Part shown: positions 23,301-35,794 of the stretch, one piece after another
Numbering within the stretch: the stretch's first letter is position 1
How the letters are laid out: each line of letters starts with the position of its first letter
Assembly: GCA_004431415.1 (NCBI GenBank)
Contig: QPMI01000066.1
Span: forward strand, 186,001-250,000
Origin: Cyanophora paradoxa CCMP329
Taxonomy: Eukaryota > Plantae > Glaucophyta
Direction: 5' to 3'
Length of the DNA stretch: 64,000 bases
Program-made: the position numbers and the translations under genes
The notes under the pieces: generated by a model
What the model was told of the DNA's origin: nothing
Seen by the model: the letters and a program-made list of their open reading frames with translations, nothing else
Databases searched by the model: none

Positions 23301-26300
23301 CGGGCGGAGCCTCGGCCTGGGCGTCCACCGCTGGAGGCACAGCCGCGGCCGAAGGCGGCAACGCCTGCGTCTCACTCGGCGCCATCGCCTGAGCTGCCGC
23401 CTCCGCCGCCCCCTCGTCAGGAGACGCCGCCGGAGCCGCCGTCGGCGCGTGCGGCGCCGGCGGAAGGTCCGCAGCAGGGGCCGCCCCCGCCTCGCCGCCA
23501 GCCTCGGCCTCCGGCGTCGGCGGCGCCGTTGACGCGGAGTCCGCGGGCGCGGGCGACGCCACACGAGCCGCCTCCGCCGCCTGTGGCTCCTGTACCGCCG
23601 CCGCCGCCGCTGCTGGCACCAGAGGCGCTACCGCCGCCTGAGCCGCCGCCGCCGCCGCCGTCGCCCGTGTCGCCACAGGCGCTGGGCCCTCGGGCTCGGG
23701 CTCCAACGCAGCCGCGGGCGCTGGCTGAGGCGCCACCGGCGCCTCCTGCGCGTGCCCCGCCAGAGGCGCCGGCGGCTCAGCAGACGAGGCCGCAGGCTCC
23801 TGCAGCGGTGGCGCCGGTGCTGCCGGGGAGCGGGGGCGACCGGCGGCGCCGGCGACGCCGGTGGCGCGTCCGCCGACCCCGGCGACGCGTCCGGAGCTGC
23901 TGCCGCCGCCGTGGTTCTGCCGGCGCTGGGCGCTCGGGCTCCGCCGCCGCTTGGGAAACGGGAGCCTCTTCCGGGCGCTCGGGGGCGGGGCCTCGGCCTC
24001 GGGCCGAGGCGGCGCCGCGGGGGGCGCCTGCAGCTCCGCAGGAGGAAGAGGAGGAGGAGGAGGGGCCTCGGGCCGAGGGGCGAGGCCCGTGGCGGACGGG
24101 GGCGGGGGGGCAGAGGTCGCGAGCGGGGCCGGGAGGGGGGGCGGGAGGGGGCGCGGGGGCGGGGGCTGCGGGGAGGGGCGCCGGGGCGGACGAGGGGACG
24201 CCGCCCCCTGCGGCCGCCGGCTCAGCGGCCGGGCCGAGGGGGCGGCCGCCCCGTTTCCCGACGCCGGCTCCTGTGGGGGCGCGGCCGGGGCCGAGGCGGA
24301 GGCGGGGAAGGAGACGCCGCCGGGCGGCGGGGGCCGCGGGGGCGGGTCGGGGGGCCGAAGCCCAGCCGGCGGAGGGCCTCTGGGCTCAGGACGACGGGGG
24401 CGTGGGACGCCGCTTCGCTGTGGGCGACCTGCGGCTCCCGCGGCGCCCGCGCGCGCGGGGCGGCCGCCGAGGAGGAGGGGGAGGGCGAGGGGTAGGCGAG
24501 GGGGAGGGGGAGGGGTACGAGGCCGCGGGGCGCGGGGGCGGCTGCGGCGGCGGCTGCTGCGGGCGGAAATGCTGGGGGGTGGAGGGCCCCGGGCCGGAGG
24601 AGAGGGAGGGGACGCCAAGGGACGGGGGCGGGGGCGGGGCGGGACGGAGTGGAGGGGGGCGGCGCTGCCGGGCTGGCGGGCCGGGCGCCCCCGACCTCCC
24701 GGCGAGGGCGGGGCCCCGGCATGTCCAGAGAGGCGCGGCGGAGGGGCGAGACGGCGGGCGAGGCGCCCCCGGCTGCAGCGCGTCGCTGTGCAGCGTCGGC
24801 GCCGGGCCGGCCCGCTCGGCGACCGCCGCAAAGACCGGCGCCGGGGCGGCGACCGGGCGGAGTAGGGCGTGCCCGCTGGCGGCCCGCGGGCCGGGGGCGC
24901 CGAGGGCGGCGCCGCGGGGACGGAGGCCGGCGCGGGGCGGCGCGGGGCGGCGCTGGCCGGCCGCTTCGGGACGTCGCGCCGGCCGCGGCGCGAGAGGCGG
25001 GCGGCCCAGGGGCGCGCCGGCATCCTCCGGCGGCCCCCGCCAGGCGACTCCCACTCCTCCAGCACCTGGCGTCGAGTTCAGAAGGGGCCGGGGTGCGTGA
25101 GAGGGGGCGGGGGTACGCGCCTCCGTCTCGCGATCGAGCTCCGCGTCGTCGTCGTCCACGAAGCCCTCCTGCGGGGGCGGAGCGGCTCGGCGGGGGGTAC
25201 GGGGACCGCGTGGGAACGAAGGTGTGGGGGGTACGGCGCACCAGGCCGTCGGGGAGGGCGTCGTCGTCGTCTTCGTCGCCTCCGGTACCCCCCCTTCCCT
25301 CGTCCTCGTCCTCGTCCTCCTCCTCCTCGTCTTCTTCTTCGTCGTCGTCGTCGATCGCCCGGTGCTCCTCCAGCATCCGGTCGACCTGCGCAATACCCCG
25401 GTTCGAATTCGCGCGGGGCCACTTTTAAGTGAGAGGCGGGCGGACCTTCTGCTGGGCGGCGGCGAGGCGCTCGAGGAGGTCGGCGGTGGAGGGGGCGGCG
25501 GGCGCGGCGGGGCTGCGGGGCGTCTCGCCCGGCGTGGCGGCCGAGGACGACTCCTTGGCGAGCTTGCGGCTGAGGTCGTCGATGGCGTCTCCGAGGCGGC
25601 CCATGCGCGCCATGAAGGCCGCCATGCGGTCCCCGCCGCCCTCCCCGCCGCCGCCGCCGGCCACGGCCCGCGGGCTCTCCTCCTCCGCCTCGCGGGGCGT
25701 GCTGGTCCCGGAGAGGCCTACGGCCGCGGCCGCGGCCGCGGGCACGGGCACGGGCGAGGGCGAGGGCCGCGCGGTGGCGGGCGTGGCCGGCGGCACGGGC
25801 GAGGACGGCCGTTCCACGAAGCGGGCGGGGGTGCGGGGCGTGACGGCCCCGAGTAGGGCTCCCGGGGGGTGGCCGCGCCCCACTCCACGTCCACCTCGTA
25901 CCCCGGGCGCGGGAAGCGCGCGGTCCCCGGGGCGGGGGCCGCCGCCGACCCGCGGCCGGGCTCCTCGAGGGGCGCGGCGGCGACGGTGTGGGAGGGGGCG
26001 GGGGACTGCAGGCGGGGGGCGAAGCCGGCCGGCGGGGCCGGGGCGGCCGAGGGCGGGCGGGAGGACGTGTCCACAAAGACGGGGCTCGGGCGCGCCGGCG
26101 TCTGGCTCCGGCTCCGGGCCTCCGGCGGGGCCGGCGAGGCGGCGGGCGGCGGGGCGTGCGGGGCGGGCGTGCCGGGGGCCGACACCGGCCGCGGCGAAGG
26201 CAGAGGCTGCTGCTGCTGCTGCTGCGGCCCGTACGCCGAGTCGACTCCGCCGTGGAGCGCCGGCACGGCCACGCGGGGCACGGAGGGCGGGCGCCGCGCG

Positions 26301-29054
26301 GCCGGCGCCCAGCCGCCCAGGGGCGGGCGGGGCCCGGGCCGCGGGAGGCGAGGCTTGGGCCCGAGTCGGCATCCGGAGGGGCGATGGAGTCGGTGCGGAC
26401 GCCGGCGGCGGTCAGCGCAGCCTCCGTCGCCAGCAGGGGCGAGGCGCGGCCGGGCGCGTGCGCCGCCCGTGGGGCCGGGGCCGGGGCCGGGGGCGCCGCC
26501 CCGAGCCGCGGGGCCGAGGGCGGGGCCGAGGGGGGGCGAAGGCGTCCCTGTCGCGCTCCTCGGCGATGGACTCGAACCGCTGCGGCGGGAGGGCCAAGCT
26601 GGAGCCGGGGCGCGATGAGGGCGGCGCCCAGGCTGCCGGCAGGCCCCGCGGGCTCGCCGCTGCCGCCGCCGCAGAAGCAGCAGCAGCAGCAGCAGGCGCC
26701 GCCGCCGCAGGCGCCGCCACCTCCTTCTTGGCTGGCGCAGGGGCCGTGGGCGTGGCCGGGGCTGAGGATGCGGCCGTGGCAGGGGCAGGGGCGGGCTCGG
26801 CGGGGGATTGGCGGGTAGGGAAGGCCGCCGCGTGGGAGGAGGAGGAGGAGGCGCCCGGGGCTGCGACGGTGTGGGACCGGCGGCCCAGCCCCGCGGGGCG
26901 CGCCGGGGCCGCCGTCGCCGCCGCCGCCGGCGGGGGCGGGGGCGCGGGGCGCGGGGCGGGGGACTCCGCGTCCTCGGCCTCGGACTCCGAGAGCGGCGGG
27001 GCGGCGGGGGCCGAGACCGAGGCGCGGCGGGAGGAGGAGCCCGGGAGGCCGGCGAGGGCTGCCCTGAGGGCGTCCGTCGTGGCGGACGGGCGCCGCGGGG
27101 CGACGGACGCCGAGCGCTCGAACATCGCGGCGCGCGCCGCGGCCACGCTGGCAGAGGCCGTCGACGGCGTCGGCGCCGGCGCCGGCGGCGGCGGCGGCCC
27201 GCCGGCGGCGTTCGCGGCGTTCAGGGGCGAGTTCGGGCCGAAGAAGTTCCACGACTGCTCGGGCCCCCGCGACGGGATCGACACGGTCGGGCGCTCCCGC
27301 GGCTTGGCCGCCGCCGCCGCAGCCGCCGGCGCGGTCGGCGCGGCCGCCGGAGCCGGCGCCGCCTCCGCCTGCCTCTCCTCGGGCGGGCGGGGCGGACGGG
27401 CGACTTCCTCGTGTCGTCCGAGCGCGGGCGGGCCGCAGGGCCGACTCGGGCGAGAAGGGCACCGTGGGCGACCGCGCGGCGGCGGCGGCCGCGGCCGCCT
27501 CGGCCTCCACGTGGGCCCGGTGGCCGGGTGCGCGAAGAGCGCCGAGTCGGCGGCCGGGGCGGCCGTGCGGGACTCCTCGACGGCCTCGTCCAGGCGCCGG
27601 TGGGCGATCTGTCGCTGCAGAGCCTCCAGCTCCGCCGCCGCCGCCGCCGGCGACTGCTTCCACTGCTGCGCCGAGCGCGGCCGCCGCGCCCCGCCGGACC
27701 CGAGCGCCGGAGGCGGGGACGGCGAGCTCGCCGCCGCTGCAGCCGCCGCCGGAGAAGATCCGCCGGGGGAGGTGTGCGGTCCGTGCGACGCGTACGCGTG
27801 CGGCGGAAGATGCGCGTACGGCTGAGGCTGCGGGACGGCGCGCCGCTCCGCCGCGCGCGCGAGGGCATCCCTTTCGATCGCGTCCAGCTCCGCCTCGACC
27901 CCGTCCAACTCCTCCGGCCCCGGGCTCGCCTTTCCAGAGCCGTTCGCTGCCGGCTGCGCCCCGCCCGGGTCAGCCGAAAGGCGGGAGAAGGAAGGGAAAC
28001 GGAAGGAAGCAGCGGCGCGCCTTGAACTTGCGGCCGTGGTGCACATAGCGACCGGCGCCGCCGCCGCCGCTGCTGCTGGGACGGGAGGAGGCGGCGCTCC
28101 CCACGCGCCGCTCAAAGACGTCGATGGGGACGGCCTGCGCGGGGGCCCCCGCACGCTCGCTCGCTCGCTCCAGCGCCGGCGGGCGGAAGCAGAGGGGCGC
28201 GGCGCCTCGCACCGGCGGTCCGTTGTACGGCATCGTGTGCACGGCGTTGGCGAAGATGTGGCGGGGCGGGCGAGGGACCGGCACGGCCCACGCCTCGGCC
28301 CAGGCTGGGTCGAGAGCGTCTTCGGGGAAGTCCGGGATGTTGAAGCCCTCGTGCGCGGCGGCCGGGCGCGTCCCCTCCATGCCCCAGCCGCGCGCCGTCT
28401 TCGGCGGCGACGCGTAGGCCGGGATCGCAAACGCCTCCATCTGACCGCGCGCGTATCAGGGAGGCGCTCGGAGGCGAGCAACTTGCCCGGGTTTGGCACC
28501 TTGGCAATCGGAGGCTGGTACGTGGCGCCCATCGTCGCAGAGCGCGGGGGCGGCGCTGGGGCGGTCCGTGGCCGCGACTCCGGCCGCGGTGTCGCCGCAG
28601 CCGTGTACTGCGCTAGTTTCGGGTTGCCCTGCGACTGCACGAGGTGCTCGTACATGCGGCGCGTCTTGAGGCTCATCTTGTCTGCGAGCGGCGGCCGGGG
28701 CGTGAGGCCAGCGCTATGTTCGGCATGGGTCTCCACGGCGCGCGGGGGGGAGACGGGGCGCTTCAGTCAAGATAGCTAACATCTCAACGACGCCCATAAG
28801 GAGCCAGGGCGCTCCTGCAGGCTCTCGACTGCGGCGACAGCTGGCGACAAACCGTGGAGGGGGCTCCGCTGGTAGAGCAGCAGCTCAACGAGTGCTGGAT
28901 CCACTTGACCGAGAACATCGTCGAAGCCCGTGGGTTGGTGCTGCTGAGGGCGCTTGGGCCCGGCCGTTTTGGCTCTGGGCGCCGGCGCGCGCTTCTCGTC
29001 AGGTAGGATGACCACCTGCTGCTGGTGCCGCGCGGCGGCACCGGGGTCCGCCAT
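20368..29054 (-). CDS. Very large Pro/Ala-rich, largely disordered protein with C-terminal W-containing helical (Sfi1-like) repeats and coiled coil
   Basis: Start MADPGAAARHQQQVVILPDEK. Long low-complexity exons and an acidic run; repeats ARRGWRLLRG, LARAFFTRWVAW, LTKRVWRGWRHY. A single-gene model is assumed, and apparent frameshifts are probably homopolymer errors. Confidence 0.5.
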
Positions 29055-29174
29055 GCGGCCTGCGAGGCGCTCGAGCGGCCTCGGAGCAGGTTTGGTTTCA
29101 GCGTGTACCCCGGGATTCGCCGCAGTTCGTCGAAATCATTCAGTTCGTCGCTTAGCAGCCAGGCAGCAAACAGG

Positions 29175-30630
29175 ATGAACGGCCACGGAAACGGAGACGC
29201 CACGAAGGGCACCTTCGCCCTGAAGGCCGGCCTCGCGCAGATGCTCAAGGGCGGTGCGCCTTTGCGCCGCCCCCAAAGCCGCCCGCGCGCCTTTCCAGGG
29301 CCCATTGGCGATAGCGCTCCCTGTTCTGACATTATAAAGAGGCGCCGCGCGCGGAGTAGCGCCCTGCACCTAATAATCTCTCTGCGCACGAACGCTGCGA
29401 CCGATGCTGACGCGCCCGAGCAGGCGTGATCATGGACGTCGTGAACGCCGCCGAGGCGAAGATTGCGGAGGAGGCTGGCGCTGTCGCTGGTGCGCCCGCT
29501 GTGTCGCGATCGGTTGCGTGCCGATGCACGTGCCGCTTCCTATCCGGGCCACTGCGAGCCGCGCTAGGCGCATCGACTTGCGTTTCCGACTGCTCTTGAC
29601 ACCTTTCCGCAGTTATGGCGCTCGAGCGCGTCCCCGCGGACATCCGCAAGCAGGGCGGCGTGGCCCGCATGTCGGACCCTCAGGTCATCAAGGAGATCAA
29701 GAGCGCCGTCAGCATTCCCGTCATGGCGAAGGTTAGCGTAACTCGCCGCGCTGCAGCGTTAGATGCCCCGCACTGCCCTGCGGGTGACGCGCGTGACTTT
29801 TGATCTCGCGATTCCTCGACGTCCCTTCACACTTCCTTTTCCCACAGGCCCGCATCGGCCACTTCGTTGAGGCCCAGATTCTCGAGGCGCTCGGCATTGA
29901 CTACATCGACGAGAGCGAGGTCCTCACGCCGGCGGATGAGATCAACCACATCAACAAGCACAAGTTCAAGGTCCCGTTCGTCTGCGGATGCCGCAACCTC
30001 GGCGAGGCCCTCCGCCGCATCAACGAGGGTGCCGCTATGATCCGCACGAAGGGCGAGGCTGGCACTGGCAACGTCGTCGAGGCCGTTCGGCACGCGCGGA
30101 CCGTTCTCGGCGACATCCGCAAGCTGCAGGGCATGGACGAGGATGAGCTGTACGTGTACGCGAAGGACATCCAGGCGCCGTACCGCCTCGTCAAGGAGAC
30201 GAAGGACCTTGGCCGCCTGCCCGTCGTCAACTTCGCCGCCGGCGGTGTCGCCACCCCCGCGGACGCTGCGCTCATGATGCAGGTCCGTCGGCTGATGCGC
30301 ATTCGCGTTCTGAAAGCTGACGCTGCGGTCGCACATCGCGTGCAGCTCGGCATGGACGGCGTGTTCGTCGGTTCGGGCATCTTCAAGTCGGGCGACCCCC
30401 GCAAGCGCGCGCAGGCGATCGTGAAGGGCGTCGCGAACTACAACGACGCGAAGATCCTTGCGGAAGTCCGTTTCCCGCTCTCGCGCATACCGTGCCATAC
30501 CGCGCGTGCCGCGCGTGGCGGATCTAATCTCCCGTTCCCTGCGCAGGTGAGCGAGAACCTCGGCGAGGCGATGGTTGGCATCGACCTCAACGACAAGCAC
30601 GTCGTCCGCATGGCCGAGCGCGGCTGGTAA
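29175..30630 (+). CDS. PDX1: Pyridoxal 5'-phosphate synthase subunit PDX1 (5 GT-AG introns)
   Basis: [93 protein letters not shown]. Confidence 0.98.
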
Positions 30631-31268
30631 AGCGGCTCTACGCGGCCGCCCGCTCCTTTCGGCGGCCGCCGCGCCATGCAGATCCCGCGATTTCCCTCCA
30701 CGCTCCGCCCCTCCGCCCTTCCTCGCCCGCTCCAGCCTCCGCTCATCTATCCCCCTCGAGCTCCCGCCATCGATCGGCGTCCGGCCCCCGCCCCCTCAAG
30801 TGCTGAGACCCTCCCGAGAGCAGGGCCCCGATCGTCGCTTCGTCTATTGCTCTCCGTAGATTTGAAGTAGAGTGCTCCTATATTCAGGCATGCAGGGGCT
30901 CGCCCTACTAAGGCTATGTCCTCTATCGCTAATGTGCTCTTGAGTGCATCACTTGGAATTGACCTTGACTACGTAAACTGGGATCGATCCCCAATGCACG
31001 CGCCTTTTCCCGGCTTGCAGTGAGCGCATGCTGAAAGCTCTCGATCGCGAGACGATACGCTGGCAGACTGCTATGAAACTTAGTACACACTCAGGGGAAT
31101 GACGATACATGAACACGAACACTCAATAAGAGCGATGCGAACGCAACTGCTTGCATGTAAATACGATACAGACTCACAGGTTATGTAAACTACAGCTAAG
31201 ACTCTCAGGGTGCGCATCCTACAGCTAATAATAGGTTAGAGCGGAGCGGAATCAAGGGTAGAGAGGGG

Positions 31269-34200
31269 TCAAATAACGTCGTCACCGACAGCAGGGGAAG
31301 GGGGCGCCGCGGGGCGGGCGGCGGAGGGCGTCCGGGCGCCGGCCTGGGCGCTGAGGAGCCCCGTGCTGCTGGTCTCGCGCCCGAAGCCGAGGCCGGTGCT
31401 GGCGCTGTCGAGGGAGCTCTGCGTGCCGGACTTGTGGAGGTCGTAGGACGAGTTGGGGCGGTGCTGCGCGGCGCTCAGCGTCGGGACGAGCTCGTGGTGC
31501 TCGTGCAGGTCCTCCATCGGGTCCCCGGCCGAGTGGTGCATGTCCTCCCCCCGCGAGCTCATGTACCTGCGGGGTACCGTAAACGAAAGCGGAGGAAGGG
31601 GGGTACAGCAACGCAGAAGCCGAAGCCGAAGCCGCAGGCGCACATGAAGAAGTGCTCGTCCTTGGGGGCCGGGTGCTCGTGGTCCTGCTGGGCCTCCGGG
31701 GCGGGGTGCGCCCTGGCCCACTCCTGCCGCCCCGCGTCCGTCATCGGGAGCAGGAACGCGTCCCTGCCGGGGTACAGTGTCAGTGGCGACGCAGAGCGAA
31801 CAGGGCGGGAAGGGGGGTACGGCGCACCCGTCCTTCTTGCCGAAGAGGCTCGCGAAGAGCCCGGGGGTAGGCTTCCCGTTCAGCACGTGCACGGACTGCC
31901 GCGGGAATCAGAAAGACTGGAAGGGGGGGGGGAACAAGGGGGGTACGCACCGAGCGGGCGGGCGTGTGGGCGGCGTGGAAGAAGAGGTGCACGGCCGCCG
32001 AGGCGTCGGAGATGGGAATCACCTGAGCCCCGGGGCCCCTCTGTCGCTCAGACCAGAGGGGATGCGGGCGTAGGCGAGGCGGGCGAGGCGAAAACAGCGT
32101 ACCCCGATCTGGGAGAAGTGGGCGCGCCACGCTGGGTTCGTCACGCGGGCAACGATGCGGCCGATGTGGAGGTAGCTCCGGAAGAACTGCGCCGCCTCGT
32201 AGTTCCGCTGCGGCGAGAGACCGTAAGGAAAGCTCAGGAGTGCGGGGCGGGGCGGGGCGGGGCGGGGCGGGGCGCGCCTGGTCGTCCTGCAGGGCCAGCA
32301 CGACGGCCTCGCAGCTGTCCTTCGTGATGCCGCGCGTGGCCTGCCGCAGCCCGTCCGCGAGGTCTCCGGGCCCCTCGATCGGGCGCGCCTCGACGCGGGC
32401 CTTGCGGGGCGCGCCGTGCCCGTGGTGGCCCCCGTGCTCGGCCTCCGCCTTCTCGCGGGCCGCCTCGTCCTGCGCGACGGCCTCGCCGAGCGCCTCGGCC
32501 GCCTTGAGCGCCGCCTCGTCCGTGTGGGCGACGACGACGTGCGCGCGCGCCTCCGCGAAGCGACGGGCGAGGGCCAGCGCCAGGCCGTCCGCGCCCAGCA
32601 CGAAGAACTTGCGCTGCGCGCCCTCCTCGCCCTCCTCCTCCGCCTCGCCGCCGCCGCCCTCGGCCTCGGTGCGGGCCTCGCCGACGCGCTTGATGGCGAC
32701 CTTGCAGAGCACGGGGCCCACCAGCAGGTTGATGAGGATCACGGAGACGATCGCCGTCGCGAAGTCCGGCCCGAACCCCTCGTACGCGATGCCGACCTTG
32801 GAGGCCAGGCCCATAGAGACGCCGGACTGGGCGATGAGGGTGAGCCACATGTGCTTCGTGTGCGCCGGCGGGCTCTTCGCAGCGATGCCGCCCCCGATCG
32901 CCCCGATCGCCATTGTCACCGCCCGCACCAGCGCCTTCCGGGGGCGTCAGCGTCGTCGGGGGTACGGCGCGGGGGCGCGGGGGGCGGGGGTACGCGGACC
33001 GTGACGATGGCGAAGCCGAGGGACTTGAGCATGACGCCGAGCTTGAGCTGGCAGCCCGAGAAGGTGAAGAACGGGATGAAGATGAAAGGCCCGCACTTCG
33101 AGATGAGCTTGACTGCGCGCCGGCCCGGTTCGGGAGGGCAGGCAGGCAGAGCGTGGCGCCAGGGCGCCGGCGCGCACTGAAGGTGAAGCGGTGCTTGGAC
33201 TGGTTGGTGGCGACGTACGCGCCGACGATGCAGATGAGCAGCGGCTCCAGCGTGACCTCGCGCCCGTGCTGCTCCGAGAAGTGGACGAAGAGATCGCTGA
33301 AGATGAACCTGCGCGGCGGGGCGGGGCGGAGTAAGCGGGCGGGCGGCGGCGCAGGCGGGCGGGCGAGCAGGTGCGAGGCTTACATGAGGAAGCCGGCGGG
33401 GAGGATGAGGATGGCGCCGACCCACTCGCCCGGGATCCAGCGGATGCGGGAGGGGAGCCACAGGAAGAAGATCATGAGCTTGCCCAGCACGACCCCGATG
33501 CACATCGAGACGATGATCTCGACGATGAGGAAGCTGCGGGTTGGGACAGGCCCCGGCGTCACTGGGCGGCCGGGGGAGGAGGGCGGGTGCGTGCACGCGC
33601 GCACAGGAGGGCCAGTGCGCTGAACCCGCCCCCGCAGCACTGGGCGCGGGTCATCCCGCTCGAGATGGCGAAGAGGATGAGGACGACGACATCGCAGACG
33701 ACTACGAGGCCGAGCAGGGTCGAGGTGAAGGGGCCCTTGGCGCGCGTCTCCTTCACCACGGCGATCGTCGTCGCCGGCGAGAGTGACACGATGATGCTCG
33801 TCGCCAGCAGCGCGCACGCGAGCAGGAGCCCCGTCGTCGGCGGCTCGTGGAACCCCAGCGACAGGAAGTGGAACTGGGGGTGCGCGTGCGGACGTGAGTT
33901 CGGCTGGGGCGGGCGCGGGCTGCTGGGCAAGGCGCGCGGGCAAGGCGCGCCTTCAGCATCAGGAAGACGCTGAGCGTGGAGATGATGACGTTCGCGATGG
34001 TTACGCCAGCAGTGATCATGCCCACGCTCTTCAGCACCTCGCGCAGCTCCGGCAGGTACAGCTCCGCTCCCGCCGAGAAAGCGATAAACGCGAGCCTGCG
34101 AGGCGAGTCGGATCGGCGCAGGAGGGGCCGGGCCGCGCGCGCGAGGCGGCTGCGGCGGCGGCGGAGGCGGCGCACGCGAGCTGCGTGATGAAGCCGAGGG

Positions 34201-34867
34201 GCTTGAGCTCGACCGTCTCGATGAGGGAGAAAGCGCCAGGGCCGGCCATGATCCCCGTCAGGATGTACCCACTCAGGAGCGGCAGCTTGAAGTACTGCGT
34301 ACGGATGACGCGTCAGCTTGCGGAAGGTTCCGTCATGATGGGAAGGCAGCGCCAGGCATTGTGGGATGGATGCAGAATCGGGGCTGTCTAATATGAGCGC
34401 TTAGGCAGGGCGAGTGCATAATAAGCCCACTGTTGGACGCCGCTTGAGCTCGTGAACAGGTTTAGCCGGCCAAGCGGCCAACGTCCGCGCGGACTAAGCG
34501 CGGCGACCCTTGTACTCTATGCTCTAGTAATGGTCATAAGCAGCCTCGCTAAGCGCGACCAACGCTCAACGAAGCGGCGGCGGCGAGCGCAGCACATTTG
34601 GAGCGGGAGGTCGCGCGCACCTTCGGAAAGAAGAGAGAAATCCTGCTAGATGCCGCCGCGATCATGGCGAACTTCAAAACTTCGGCCCGGAGAACGTCAG
34701 AGGCGAGTGTACGAATTCACACAAATCGAAAGCGCGCCGCCGACAGCGGTATGCGCGAAACATTCAAGTCCTTATAGAATGCACGCACCAGAGAAGAGCC
34801 ACTGAGAGAAGCCCCAGTCGTTCGCTGCAGCTGCAGCGGCCGCGGCCGCCTCGTGGCCGCCCGACAT
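31269..34867 (-). CDS. Cation/H+ antiporter (CPA2/Kef-like) with C-terminal TrkA-N (RCK) domain and His-rich tail
   Basis: FKLPLLSGYILTGIMAGP, AFIAFSAGAELYL, SPATTIAVVKE, FIFIPFFTFSG, AQSGVSMGLA; TrkA-N VLGADGL..VVLALQDDQRNY..RIVARV. Start codon is inferred. Confidence 0.85.
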
Positions 34868-35041
34868 GCTTCGTGCGTTGCTGAAGCTCCTTCTCTAACC
34901 AAACGCTGCACTACTGCGGCATGCGCCGTTCCCCGGGCTCAAAGGCCGAACTTTCCGTGCCTGAACGCCGTGCTGTACCCAGGACCAGCTCGCCCCCCCC
35001 CCCGAACGCAAAGGTCCTCGCTACGCCCCAGGAGCCCAGCA

Positions 35042-35763
35042 ATGGGCGCATCGGTGGGGCGCGTATCGTTTGCGGCGGTCTCAGCGGCCCCGCCAGCTTC
35101 CGGGCTCGATCGAGGGCAGGCACGAGCTTTGTGCGGCCATTCCCCAGCGATCGTGCAGATCTGCACCGACGCGAGGCCGCGCATCCCCTTGAAGCGCACG
35201 CGTAGCCTCCGCCGGCAGCCCCCGATCGCAGCCCCGACTTTCCTCCCCCTCTGCGAGACGGTCGAGCCGGCAGAGCCAACGTACCGATCCACGAAAGAGC
35301 GCTTTCTGCGGGAGCTCCGGGAGCAGCAGCTGCGGAACCTGCCCAGCCGCGAGCGGCTGATCCGGCAGCGGGCCAAGACGCCGAGCCCCGCGCCGGCCAC
35401 GCCGAGCCCAGCGCCTGCCCCCGATGAGCCCAAGGAAGACACGGAGGCCGCCGCGGCCGCAGCTGCCGCGGCTGCGGCGGCGGTCGCCGCCTTCCGAAAC
35501 CGGCCGCCCCCGGGAATGGAGCAGTACACACAGACGCAGGCGCGCACCTCGCCTCTCGCCTGCGCTACGAGACGTCTTCGCGGGGCTGAGCGCCCGCGCA
35601 GATCACGCTCGTGACGAACTGGCTTCGGAAGCAGGGCCTCGGCAACGAGGAGGTGGACTCGCTTCGCATCTCGGCGCCCACCGTCTTCGGGACGCCCGTC
35701 GTCGCCCTCCGCCCCGTCAACTCTTTCCTCAAGGCTCGCCTCCCGCCACCCTCACGCCCGCCC

Positions 35764-35794
<31 letters not shown>

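Noticed and set aside
22651-25065. Apparent frame switches within long exons as programmed frameshifting
   Set aside because: They fall in G/C homopolymer-rich sequence, so indel errors or unrecognised introns are more likely.
20248-28779. Very long overlapping ORFs (556-861 aa) on both strands
   Set aside because: Extreme GC content suppresses stops. These are antisense or off-frame shadows of one minus-strand gene.
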